Positions 8,448 to 16,574 of a DNA stretch of 64,000 bases are shown here, piece after piece (the stretch's first letter is position 1; every line of letters begins with the position of its first letter). Below the pieces are notes generated by a model. The model worked only from the letters and a program-made list of their open reading frames with translations, was not told the origin of the DNA and did no database searches. The position numbers and the translations under genes are program-made. The DNA is from Candidatus Dormiibacterota bacterium (lineage in GTDB: Bacteria; Chloroflexota; Dormibacteria; Aeolococcales; Aeolococcaceae), in contig DASZKZ010000032.1 of the NCBI GenBank assembly GCA_035552595.1, forward strand, positions 15,456-79,455, in the 5' to 3' direction.

Positions 8448-9158
8448 TCACGGGCGCACCGCGTGGAGGAACAGCTCCGCGGCGCCACGGCTGCCGGTCA
8501 CCGGCGAATCGATCGATCCCCTGACCACCCACCCGGCGGCGGTGACGCCCGACGCCGCAGCCGCCAGCGCGGCGTCGAGGCTGGCGCGGTCCGTCGGCGC
8601 CGCGGCCGCACGGAGCTCGAACATCGGCTTGACGAGAGCCACCAGGCATGCTCGAGGGGCAAGGGCGACGCGGGTCAGCTGAGCTGCCGCGGCGCGCACG
8701 CTGAGGTACGAGACGTCGATCGTGACCACCTCGACGGTCTCGGGAACGCGTTCCATGTCGAGGTCGGCGATGTTGACGGACTCGAGGTTGACCACCCGTG
8801 GATGCTGGCGCAGCGACCCCAGCAGCTGACCGTGGCCGGCGTCGACCGCGTACACCACTCGGGCGCCCGCCTCCAAGAGAACCGTCGTGAAGCCGCCCGC
8901 CGCCGCCCCCACGTCCAGCGCCACCCGCCCGCTGACGTCGACGTCGAAGGCATCGATCGCGGCGCGCAGCTTGAGCGATCCGCGCAGGGTTGTGGCCGGT
9001 CGCCTGGTGACGTGCGCCTGGGCTCGCAGACGGCTTCGCGGGTTGGTCACCGGGACGCCGTCGACGAGCACCTCGCCGGCGGCGATCAGCCGCTCCGCGT
9101 CGTCGCCAGGGAAGAGCTCGGCGACAGCGCGGGCGAGTGTGCGACCGTCGCGTGCCAC
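8448..9158 (-). CDS. TlyA-family RNA 2'-O-methyltransferase (second paralog; S4 plus FtsJ-type domain)
   Basis: S4-like LIAAGEVLVDG, RGSLKL, ALDVGAAAGGFTTVLL, VYAVDAGHGQL, TIDVSYLS, LVKPMFE. Confidence 0.85.
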   Translation of the reverse strand: MARDGRTLARAVAELFPGDDAERLIAAGEVLVDGVPVTNPRSRLRAQAHVTRRPATTLRGSLKLRAAIDAFDVDVSGRVALDVGAAAGGFTTVLLEAGARVVYAVDAGHGQLLGSLRQHPRVVNLESVNIADLDMERVPETVEVVTIDVSYLSVRAAAAQLTRVALAPRACLVALVKPMFELRAAAAPTDRASLDAALAAAASGVTAAGWVVRGSIDSPVTGSRGAAELFLHAVRP

Positions 9159-10970
9159 TCAGCCGTTCGAGCGGGAGGCGGCCTCGCTGACCAGCCGGGT
9201 CACCAGATCCCCGGCGGCCACGTTCTCCTGCGTGCCCGTCCGGGCGGAGCGCACGTTGACGACGCCGTCTCCTCGCTCCACGTCGCGGCGCCCGACCACC
9301 GCGATGTAGGGGACCTTGCGCAGCTCAGCGTCCCTGATGCGGGCCTGCATACGCTCGCCGGGCTTGTCGTTGACCTCAGCGCGCAGCCCCGCCCCGCGCA
9401 TCGAGTCGCGCAGCTCGGTGACGTACCGGATCACCTCGGGTGCGTCGTCCTGCACCGGCACGATCTCGCACTGCACGGGGGCCAGCCAGAGGGGGAAATG
9501 GCCCGCATAATGCTCGGTGAGGATGCCGATGAACCTCTCCAACGACCCCAGCAACGCGCGGTGGATCACCACCGGGGTGTGATCCTGTCCATCGCCTCCG
9601 ACATAGCTCAGACCGAACCGAGCAGGCATCTGGTAGTCGAGCTGGATCGTGCCCATCTGCCATGACCGGCCGATCGAGTCGGTCATGTGCAGGTCGATCT
9701 TGGGCCCGTAGAAGGTTCCCTCCCCCGGCGAGATGACATAGTCCATCCCGTGGCGCTTGAGCGCCTCCTCCAGCGCGGACTCCGCCTGGTCCCACTGGGC
9801 CTCGCTTCCCAGCCGCTTCTCCGGCCGTGTCGAGAGCTCCGCACGCGGTTCCACCCCGAGCATCGCGTAGAGGTGGTTGGCGTAGTCCACGATGCCGTGG
9901 ATCTCGTCCTGGATCTGCTCGGGGGCGCAGAAGATGTGCGCATCATCCTGGGTGATGTGGCGCACCCGGAGCAGGCCGTGCAGCGTGCCGCTGCGCTCGT
10001 CACGGTGGAGGGTGGACGACTCCGCGTACCGAATCGGGAGCTCGCGGTAGCTGCGCATTCCCGTTCCGAAGAGGATCATGTGCCCGGGACAGTTCATGGG
10101 CTTGAGGGCGAGCTGCCTGCCTTCGTCTCGTGACGATACGAAGAAGATGTTCTCGGCGTAGTTGTCGTAGTGGCCCGATGTCTTGTACGTCTCGACATCG
10201 AAGAGCAGCGGCGTCTTGACCTCGACGTACCCCCGCTTGCGGTTCTCGTCGCGGCGCAGGTCCTCGAGCGTGTTCCAGATGATCATCCCCTTGGGATGCC
10301 AGAAGGGTGACCCCGGGGAGTGCTCCGAGACATGGAAGAGGTCGAGCTCGGCGCCGAGCCGGCGGTGATCGCGGCGGCGGGCCTCCTCACGCTGGGCGAT
10401 GAAGGCGTCGAGCTGCTCCCGGTCGAAGAAGGCGGTCCCGTAGACCCGCTGCAGCTGCTCGTTGCGCTCGTCGCCGCGCCAGTAGACCCCGGCGACACGG
10501 AGCAGGCGCAGCGCGCGCAGGTGACCGGTGTGGGGGACGTGCGGGCCGCGGCAGAGGTCGACGAAGTCGCCGGTGCGATAGACGCCGACACTATCGACCT
10601 CCTCCGCCATCCTGTCGATGAGGGCCACCTTGAAGGGCTGGTCGATGTCGGTGAACAGCTGCCGTGCGGCCTCGCGCGCGATCACCTCGCGCTCGAACGG
10701 GATGCGTCGCTTGGCCAGCTGTCGCATCCGGGCCTCGATGGTGGTCAGGTCCTCCTCGCTGAAGTGGTCGCCGCCGGCGAGGCGGAAGTTGTAGAAGAAG
10801 CCCTCCTCGGTGGCCGGGCCGACGTCGTATTTGGCACCGGGAAAGAGCTCGACCACGGCGGCGGCCATGAGGTGTGCTGCGCTGTGGCGGAGGATCTCCA
10901 GGGTCAGCTCGGCGGGAGCCTCCAGGGGCGGACCCGCCTCGGCGGAGTCGTCGACGATGTCCTCAGCCAT
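9159..10970 (-). CDS. thrS: Threonine--tRNA ligase (no TGS domain)
   Basis: LRHSAAHL and DLCRGPH editing motifs, KPMNCPGH, GLLRVR, FYGPKID, HRALLGSLERF. Confidence 0.97.
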   Translation of the reverse strand: MAEDIVDDSAEAGPPLEAPAELTLEILRHSAAHLMAAAVVELFPGAKYDVGPATEEGFFYNFRLAGGDHFSEEDLTTIEARMRQLAKRRIPFEREVIAREAARQLFTDIDQPFKVALIDRMAEEVDSVGVYRTGDFVDLCRGPHVPHTGHLRALRLLRVAGVYWRGDERNEQLQRVYGTAFFDREQLDAFIAQREEARRRDHRRLGAELDLFHVSEHSPGSPFWHPKGMIIWNTLEDLRRDENRKRGYVEVKTPLLFDVETYKTSGHYDNYAENIFFVSSRDEGRQLALKPMNCPGHMILFGTGMRSYRELPIRYAESSTLHRDERSGTLHGLLRVRHITQDDAHIFCAPEQIQDEIHGIVDYANHLYAMLGVEPRAELSTRPEKRLGSEAQWDQAESALEEALKRHGMDYVISPGEGTFYGPKIDLHMTDSIGRSWQMGTIQLDYQMPARFGLSYVGGDGQDHTPVVIHRALLGSLERFIGILTEHYAGHFPLWLAPVQCEIVPVQDDAPEVIRYVTELRDSMRGAGLRAEVNDKPGERMQARIRDAELRKVPYIAVVGRRDVERGDGVVNVRSARTGTQENVAAGDLVTRLVSEAASRSNG

Positions 10971-11026
10971 AGCGGCGAATTGTAGATGCTGTCAGGCGCC
11001 TCCCCGCCCCACCGCCAGGCTGTGCG

Positions 11027-11338
11027 TCAACTGCAGAGTCGGGACATCCCCTGCGGAACGTCCTCGCGGGCCTCGGCGATGCGCGAGATGGCCGCCTCGG
11101 GGTTGTTCGCGAGGTTGAGCCCGAGTGTGAGCTGCCGTGTCATCGGGAGCACGCGCCGGCTGGAGCGCTGCGCCGAGACGCGAAGGCGGGCATGCCGCTC
11201 GGGGTCGATGGCGCAGCAGCGGACGCTGCAGTACTTGGCGATCCGCTTCTTCACCGGATTCGAGCAACCGCCGCGAATGCAGATGCGGCACGTCACCCGC
11301 TGGGAGGCGGGGTCATCGGAGTCGCGTCCGCCATGCAC
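11027..11338 (-). CDS. Small Cys-rich putative zinc-finger protein, function unknown
   Basis: CRIC-x4-C...YCSVRCC cluster. A TTGACA-N18-GACACT promoter-like element ends 7 nt before the GTG. Confidence 0.6.
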   Translation of the reverse strand: MHGGRDSDDPASQRVTCRICIRGGCSNPVKKRIAKYCSVRCCAIDPERHARLRVSAQRSSRRVLPMTRQLTLGLNLANNPEAAISRIAEAREDVPQGMSRLCS

Positions 11339-11345
11339 GGGCCGC

Positions 11346-11375
11346 AGTGTCTGCCGACCTCTCGTCGGTTGTCAA
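11346..11375 (-). promoter_or_regulatory. Sigma70-type promoter with an inverted repeat in the spacer
   Basis: Perfect TTGACA, 18-nt spacer, GACACT. CCGAC-N5-GTCGG lies inside the spacer. Confidence 0.45.
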
Positions 11376-11440
11376 CGCCTCCAGCGACGAGTCAGCGCGC
11401 TCCGCGGTGCACAACTCAGCTCGAGGCTGCCGTCCGGGCC

Positions 11441-11492
11441 TGTGCATAGTGTGGACAACCCCTCGTGACGATCGCGGGTGACCTGTGGGCAA
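11441..11492 (-). promoter_or_regulatory. Cluster of three DnaA-box-like 9-mers
   Basis: Minus-strand CTATGCACA (11441-11449), TTGTCCACA (11450-11458) and TTGCCCACA (11484-11492). Confidence 0.45.
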
Positions 11493-11545
11493 GGTGTGCG
11501 TAGGAAACCGCAGATCAAGAATTCTTAAGATTCGTACCAGCTCAC

Positions 11546-13024
11546 ATGCGCAGGGTGCCACGCGACCACACCACCACCGTCATCGCCGCCTCTGCCCTCA
11601 TGGCGGCGGGCGTCACCCTGTATCAGTTGAGCCGCCCCGGCTCTCTGTTCGGCGCCACCGCTGACATCGCCGTGTACCTGGGGGGCTCGATCCGGCTGGT
11701 CCACGGGGCTCTTCCCTACCGCGACTTCGTGTACGTCGAACCTCCGGGCTTCGTTCTGCTGGCAACCCCGTTCGCGTTTCTCTCCGAGGTCCTGGGCAGC
11801 AGAGACGCGCTTGCCATCCTCCGTCTCTGCACGCCGCTTGTCGCGGTGCTGAGCGTGGTCCTGGTGGGCCGTCTGGTGCGCCACCGTGGAGCCGCCGCAA
11901 CGCTCGTCGCCTGCGGCGTCATGGCCCTGTTCCCGGCGGAGCTCTACGCACTCCACAGCGTGCTGCTCGAGCCCGTGCTCGAGCTGTGCTGTCTGGGCGG
12001 CGCCTGCCTCGTCTTCGACGGCGACAGCTTCGCGGCACCTCGACGTCTGGCCGTCGGTGGGGCGGTGTTCGGATTGGCGGTGAGCGTCAAGCTGTCCGCG
12101 CTCATCCCCATGCTGATCGTGCTGGCGCTGTGCCTGCCCCAGCTTCGCCGTCGCGCCCTCCCCTTCGCGTGTGGAGCGGTGGCCGGTTGCGCGCTCCCTG
12201 CGCTCCCGTTCCTGCTGGTGGCTCCGGCGGCCATGTATCGCGACGTGGTCGCCACCCAGCTGGGCCGGATCCCAGCCAGCGGACGGGTGCCGCTGCTCAC
12301 CCGGCTCGGTGACATCACCGGCGCGTCCGCGTTCGGCGGCGGGACCACCGCGGCCATCATCGTGGCAATGGTTCTGTGCGGCCTCGTGGCCGGGGCGTTT
12401 GTCCTGTCACGGCGACGGCCCGCACCCCTGGAATGGTTCGCTCTCGGCTCGGTGGCGGCGCTCACCGCGGCCCAGCTGGTGCCGGCGCAGTACTACACCC
12501 ACTACGCCGCTGTCATCGCCCCCTTCCTGTCCATCCTCCTGGCGGTTGCGCTGGCACGGCTCCGCCTCGCTCGTTCACCGAAGCTCTCGCTGGCGATCGC
12601 CGCGGGCGCGGTGGCGCTCCTGCTCATCGATCAGGTCGCCTACGTACGCGGCCAGTCGACCCCGGATGTGCAGGCGGCGGTCGACTCGGTCATCCCGCCG
12701 GGAGGCTGCGCCGTGTCCGACGCACCGAGGATTCTGGTCACCACCGATCGGTTTGTGGCCGCCACTCGGGGGTGCACGACCATGGCCGATCCCGGCGGCA
12801 CCGTGCTTGCCCTCGACAGCAGCGCGGAGGCATCACGGGTGTGGAGCGCTGTCGTCCACCACGTCGACTATGTGGTCACCGCCACCCCGATCGGGGCGTG
12901 GGCCGTGCCCGCCGCTGCCTCCCTGTACGTGGAACAGCACTTCACGGTGGTGCGGTCAGGGAGCCTGCTCATCTACGTGCGCCGGGGCCGGCCCGCGGGA
13001 CCGGGGCAGCCGGTGGCTCCGTAG
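11546..13024 (+). CDS. Polytopic GT-C-fold glycosyltransferase (GT87/ArnT-like)
   Basis: DIAVY...GALPYRDFVYVEPPG first-loop motif, many TM segments, LAVSVKL. The only large plus-strand CDS in the window. Confidence 0.75.
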   Translation: MRRVPRDHTTTVIAASALMAAGVTLYQLSRPGSLFGATADIAVYLGGSIRLVHGALPYRDFVYVEPPGFVLLATPFAFLSEVLGSRDALAILRLCTPLVAVLSVVLVGRLVRHRGAAATLVACGVMALFPAELYALHSVLLEPVLELCCLGGACLVFDGDSFAAPRRLAVGGAVFGLAVSVKLSALIPMLIVLALCLPQLRRRALPFACGAVAGCALPALPFLLVAPAAMYRDVVATQLGRIPASGRVPLLTRLGDITGASAFGGGTTAAIIVAMVLCGLVAGAFVLSRRRPAPLEWFALGSVAALTAAQLVPAQYYTHYAAVIAPFLSILLAVALARLRLARSPKLSLAIAAGAVALLLIDQVAYVRGQSTPDVQAAVDSVIPPGGCAVSDAPRILVTTDRFVAATRGCTTMADPGGTVLALDSSAEASRVWSAVVHHVDYVVTATPIGAWAVPAAASLYVEQHFTVVRSGSLLIYVRRGRPAGPGQPVAP

Positions 13025-13053
13025 AGCCGGCCCGGGGCACGTCAGAAGGGCGG

Positions 13054-13130
13054 TGGTGGGCGCAATTGGATTCGAACCAATGACCTCTGCGATGTCAACG
13101 CAGCGCTCGTACCAGCTGAGCTATGCGCCC
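13054..13130 (-). tRNA. tRNA-Val(GAC), CCA encoded
   Basis: GGGCGCA/TGCGCCC acceptor stem, CTGCG-TTGACAT-CGCAG anticodon arm, GGTTCGAATCC T-loop, ACCA end. Confidence 0.97.
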
Positions 13131-13206
13131 GCACGCGCGGCGATGGCGGGTTCCCCGGCGACGCGATGATACCAGCCGCGCTCTCCGCTCCCCAGCCCGA
13201 TCCGGG

Positions 13207-13392
13207 CTAGACGCGAGCCTTGCGCGACCGGCCCACGCTCTTCCGCGCGATGCTGAGGTCATCCGCGGTCACCTCGACTCGCAGCACGCCCTCACATTCG
13301 TGGCAGACGACGTGAAAGGCCTCCGGCCGCGCGATCGGCCGTGCCACCGCCTGGCGATGACCGCAGCACTCACACGTGACGATGGCCCGCAT
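13207..13392 (-). CDS. 61-aa zinc-ribbon-like hypothetical protein
   Basis: TCECCGH...VCHECEG; GGGAG RBS 5 nt before the ATG. Confidence 0.65.
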   Translation of the reverse strand: MRAIVTCECCGHRQAVARPIARPEAFHVVCHECEGVLRVEVTADDLSIARKSVGRSRKARV

Positions 13393-13513
13393 GTCGTCTC
13401 CCGCATCTCCGCTATCGACCCTTCTGAGGTGGGCGAGAGCTTTGCACCGGGTGATGCGTCGCGGCTGAAGATGACGAATCCGCGACGGGTCCGTTGCAAG
13501 CTCGCGACCTCGC

Positions 13514-14902
13514 TCAGCCGGGCGGTGTGATCACGGTGTCGAGCACGGCCAGCCGGTGCCAGAAGGCGAGCCGGACGACGACGGCGCCGGCCAGGATGAT
13601 CACGCCAAGTCCGGCCACAACGGCGGCGACCCCCACCGCGTCGGCGATGACCCCGGCGACCAGCAGTGGGATGGCGACCGCGGCGTTGATGACGGCGAAG
13701 ATGCCCCCGAAGATGCGCCCCCGGCTCTCTTCGTCGGTGCGCTCCTGGAGGATGGTGAACGCCGGGATGAGCAGGGCGCCCAGCGCGCAGCCGAAGATCG
13801 CGCTGAGCACCATCAGGATGGGGATCACCCCCGCTTCGGCATCGAAGCCGCGGAGAAGCGGCGGCGTGGCCCCGATGGCGGCGAGCGAGGCCCCGCCGAC
13901 TGCCAGCGCCGCGACCAGCGTGGAGGCCTTGGAGAGGTGATTGCCGGCACGCTGGGCCAGCACGGCGGCCATCGCCACCAGGCCCAGGGTCGCCGGGATC
14001 AGCACCAGGTAGGTGTCCTGATCGGAACGATGCAGCTCACGCACCATGAACACCGGGCCCAGCGCGAACACGGTGAAGACGACGATGAGGGCCACAGCGA
14101 GCTGGTAGAGGCCAAGGCGGATCGCCGCGTTGCCGGCGATCAGGCGGATGCCCTCGCGGAGCTCGCGGCCCAGGCTGGCGGCGCGCTCAGGAACGGTGCG
14201 CACCCGCAGAGGGGTGGCAATGCGCCAGATGGCCACGGCGGCCAGCGCGAAGAGCGCCGTGGCGATGTAGAAGGGAGCGCGCTCCCCGACCAGGCGGATG
14301 GCCAGCGTCGCCGCGGGTACGCCGATGACCAGGGTGACGATCACCGTGGTCATGAACATCGAGGTCGCTCCCATGATCTGGTCACGCCTGACCAGGGAGG
14401 GGATGCTCGCCGCCTCCGCGGGGGCGAAGAGCTGTCCGATCGAGCTGAACAGGAACGTGATGACGATCAGCGGCCACGCCTGGTCGCCGACCACGGGGAG
14501 CACCTCGACGAGGGGGATGAGCAGGATCAGCCCGCCGCGGATGGCGTTGGTCGCGATCATCAGCGTGCGCTTGTCATGGCGATCCGCGTACACGCCCGCC
14601 GGCGCGCTCAGAAAGACCGAGGGCAGCGTGTACGCGATCATCAGCGCCGACTGGATCGAGGCCTTGTGACTGAGGTCGAAGACCACGATGAGCAGCGTGA
14701 ACATGAGGAACTTGTCGGCCAGCTGGCTGGCCGCCTGGGCCAGCCAGAGCAGGCGAAAGTCGCGGTGCGCCAGGACCGCGCCAAAGCCCTGCCGGCCGTC
14801 CTGCAGCGGGGGCACCGCCGGACGCACCTGGTGGAGCTGGCGCCGGGAGGCGGGCGGCGCGATCTCGTCGTCGGGCGGGAACGCGGTCCTCGGTTCGTTC
14901 AC
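13514..14902 (-). CDS. MFS transporter (H+ antiporter/MFS_3-like)
   Basis: HRDFRLLWLAQAASQLAD, AGVYADRHDKR motif A, about 12 TM segments, RGRIFG. Confidence 0.88.
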   Translation of the reverse strand: MNEPRTAFPPDDEIAPPASRRQLHQVRPAVPPLQDGRQGFGAVLAHRDFRLLWLAQAASQLADKFLMFTLLIVVFDLSHKASIQSALMIAYTLPSVFLSAPAGVYADRHDKRTLMIATNAIRGGLILLIPLVEVLPVVGDQAWPLIVITFLFSSIGQLFAPAEAASIPSLVRRDQIMGATSMFMTTVIVTLVIGVPAATLAIRLVGERAPFYIATALFALAAVAIWRIATPLRVRTVPERAASLGRELREGIRLIAGNAAIRLGLYQLAVALIVVFTVFALGPVFMVRELHRSDQDTYLVLIPATLGLVAMAAVLAQRAGNHLSKASTLVAALAVGGASLAAIGATPPLLRGFDAEAGVIPILMVLSAIFGCALGALLIPAFTILQERTDEESRGRIFGGIFAVINAAVAIPLLVAGVIADAVGVAAVVAGLGVIILAGAVVVRLAFWHRLAVLDTVITPPG

Positions 14903-15768
14903 GGCTGTCCGTCAAGGGTACGGGCCGCCTCGGCGACCCTGTGCCACTCGGCGACATCCAGGGTGCCGGGACGACGGCCGGGGTCGATGCCCGCGGCCGC
15001 CAGCCAGGCCATGCCGCGGCGCTCCTCCCCGCCGGCCGCATGGGTGATGCCGTGGCGGAGCGTCTTGCGGCGCATCTGAAAGGCGAGGCGGGCGACATCG
15101 AGGGCCGCCTGCCGCGCGGGAGCGTCCAGCTGCCGCGCGGGACGGAGGCGCACCACGCTGGAGTGCACGGCGGGGGGGGGATCGAAGCTCGAGGGCGCCA
15201 CGTCGCGCACCCGTTCGACCGTGGCCACGCTGCGCACCGCAACGGTGGCCAGGCTCCACGCTCCCGGGGCGGCGGCGAGCCTCGCCGCCACCTCGCGCTG
15301 GACCATGAACACGGCGCGCTGCGGGGGGACCGCAAGCTCGAAGAGACGGCTGAGCAGCGGCGTGGTGATGCTGTACGGGATGTTGCCGGCGGCCAGCCAG
15401 CCCTCCGCCAGCCCGAGGCTCGAGGGGTCGACGCGCAGCGCGTCACCGTGCACCACCTCGACGTTGTCCCGGTCGCGCTGCGTGATCCGGGTCGCCGCCA
15501 CGCAGCGTTCGTCGATGTCGAGCGCGATCACCCGCCTGACCCGTCTCGCGAGCTCGCCCGTCAGAGTGCCGATCCCAGGCCCGATCTCGAACACCTGGTC
15601 GTCCGCGGTGGGCTCGAGCGCGCTGACGATGTCGTCGAGGACGGCCCTGTCGACCAGGAAGTTCTGCCCCAGATCCCGGTTGGCCACCAGGCCCACCCGG
15701 CGCGCCACGGCGTACAGCGTCTCGGGGTCGCAGAGGTCGGCCCGAGGCGGCGCCCGATGCTCGGTCAC
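14899..15768 (-). CDS. rsmA: 16S rRNA dimethyladenosine transferase RsmA/KsgA
   Basis: LGQNFLVD, EIGPGIGTLT, GNIPYSIT, MVQREVAARL. Confidence 0.95.
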   Translation of the reverse strand: MTEHRAPPRADLCDPETLYAVARRVGLVANRDLGQNFLVDRAVLDDIVSALEPTADDQVFEIGPGIGTLTGELARRVRRVIALDIDERCVAATRITQRDRDNVEVVHGDALRVDPSSLGLAEGWLAAGNIPYSITTPLLSRLFELAVPPQRAVFMVQREVAARLAAAPGAWSLATVAVRSVATVERVRDVAPSSFDPPPAVHSSVVRLRPARQLDAPARQAALDVARLAFQMRRKTLRHGITHAAGGEERRGMAWLAAAGIDPGRRPGTLDVAEWHRVAEAARTLDGQP

Positions 15769-16574
15769 ATCTCTGGCCCCGGCAGGCCGAAGAGACGGCG
15801 CGCGCTGGCGGTGGACTGCGCTCGCACCAGCTCCGGGTCGGCACAGCGGAGCGCAGCCACCGCCGCCGCCGTGGCGGCCACGTACCCGGGGAGGTTGGGC
15901 CGGCCGCGATGCGGAACCGGCGCCAGGAAGGGCGAATCCGTCTCGACCACGTAGTCGCCGGAGCCGACGGCGCGAACCGCGTCCTGCTGAGGCTCGCTGC
16001 GCGGGAAGGTGATGATCCCCGAGAACGAGATCATGAACCCGGCGGCGATGCAGCGCCGGGCGAACCCCGCGTCACCGCTGAAGCAGTGCATCACTCCGCC
16101 CACATCGGGGTGGCGGCGTAGCGCGGAGAGCACCTCCGCGTGGGCGTCGCGGTCGTGGACGACCACCGGTTTGCGGTGGCCGGCGGCGAGGTCGAGCATG
16201 CTGTGGATGGCGCGCTCCTGAACATCGAGAGGCGTGTCGTGGTAGCCGGGACGAAAGTAGAGGTCGATGCCGATCTCGCCCACCGCCACGGCCCGGGGAT
16301 GATCGAGCAGCTCCCCGAGCGCGCTCAGCTGCGCGCTGTCGGGAGCCCGGGGCTCATGAGGATGCCAGCCCACCGTGAACCAGACGTTGTGGTGCGTCTC
16401 GGCGAGGAGCCGGTTGCGATCCGAGTCCTCGACGTTGAGGCCGACGGTGACCATCTGCTCCACCCCCGCCTCGTCTGCGCTCTCCAGCGCCGCTTCGAGG
16501 AGGCCGCGTTCCTGAAGGAGGACGAGATGGCAGTGGCTGTCGACCAGAGGCGAGAGCTGTGCCGTGTCGCTCAT
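15765..16574 (-). CDS. tatD: TatD family DNase
   Basis: VDSHCHL, GWHPHE, VGEIGIDLY, VVHDRDA, MHCFSG, VETDSPFLAP. The ATG overlaps the metG stop. Confidence 0.93.
   Translation of the reverse strand: MSDTAQLSPLVDSHCHLVLLQERGLLEAALESADEAGVEQMVTVGLNVEDSDRNRLLAETHHNVWFTVGWHPHEPRAPDSAQLSALGELLDHPRAVAVGEIGIDLYFRPGYHDTPLDVQERAIHSMLDLAAGHRKPVVVHDRDAHAEVLSALRRHPDVGGVMHCFSGDAGFARRCIAAGFMISFSGIITFPRSEPQQDAVRAVGSGDYVVETDSPFLAPVPHRGRPNLPGYVAATAAAVAALRCADPELVRAQSTASARRLFGLPGPEM

Noticed and set aside
11400-11545. oriC
   Set aside because: Only three boxes, a very short AT-rich patch, no dnaA or dnaN nearby, and no switch in gene strand bias.
11000-13130. Genomic island integrated at tRNA-Val
   Set aside because: No integrase, and I found no duplicated tRNA 3' end (att repeat).
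13393-13513. c-di-GMP-I riboswitch (GCAAAGC seen on the minus strand)
   Set aside because: The GNRA tetraloop/receptor and the upstream GGCAAAC element are absent.
15172-15180. G9 homopolymer as a phase-variation tract in rsmA
   Set aside because: It is in frame, encodes PPP in a housekeeping gene, and is expected at this GC content.
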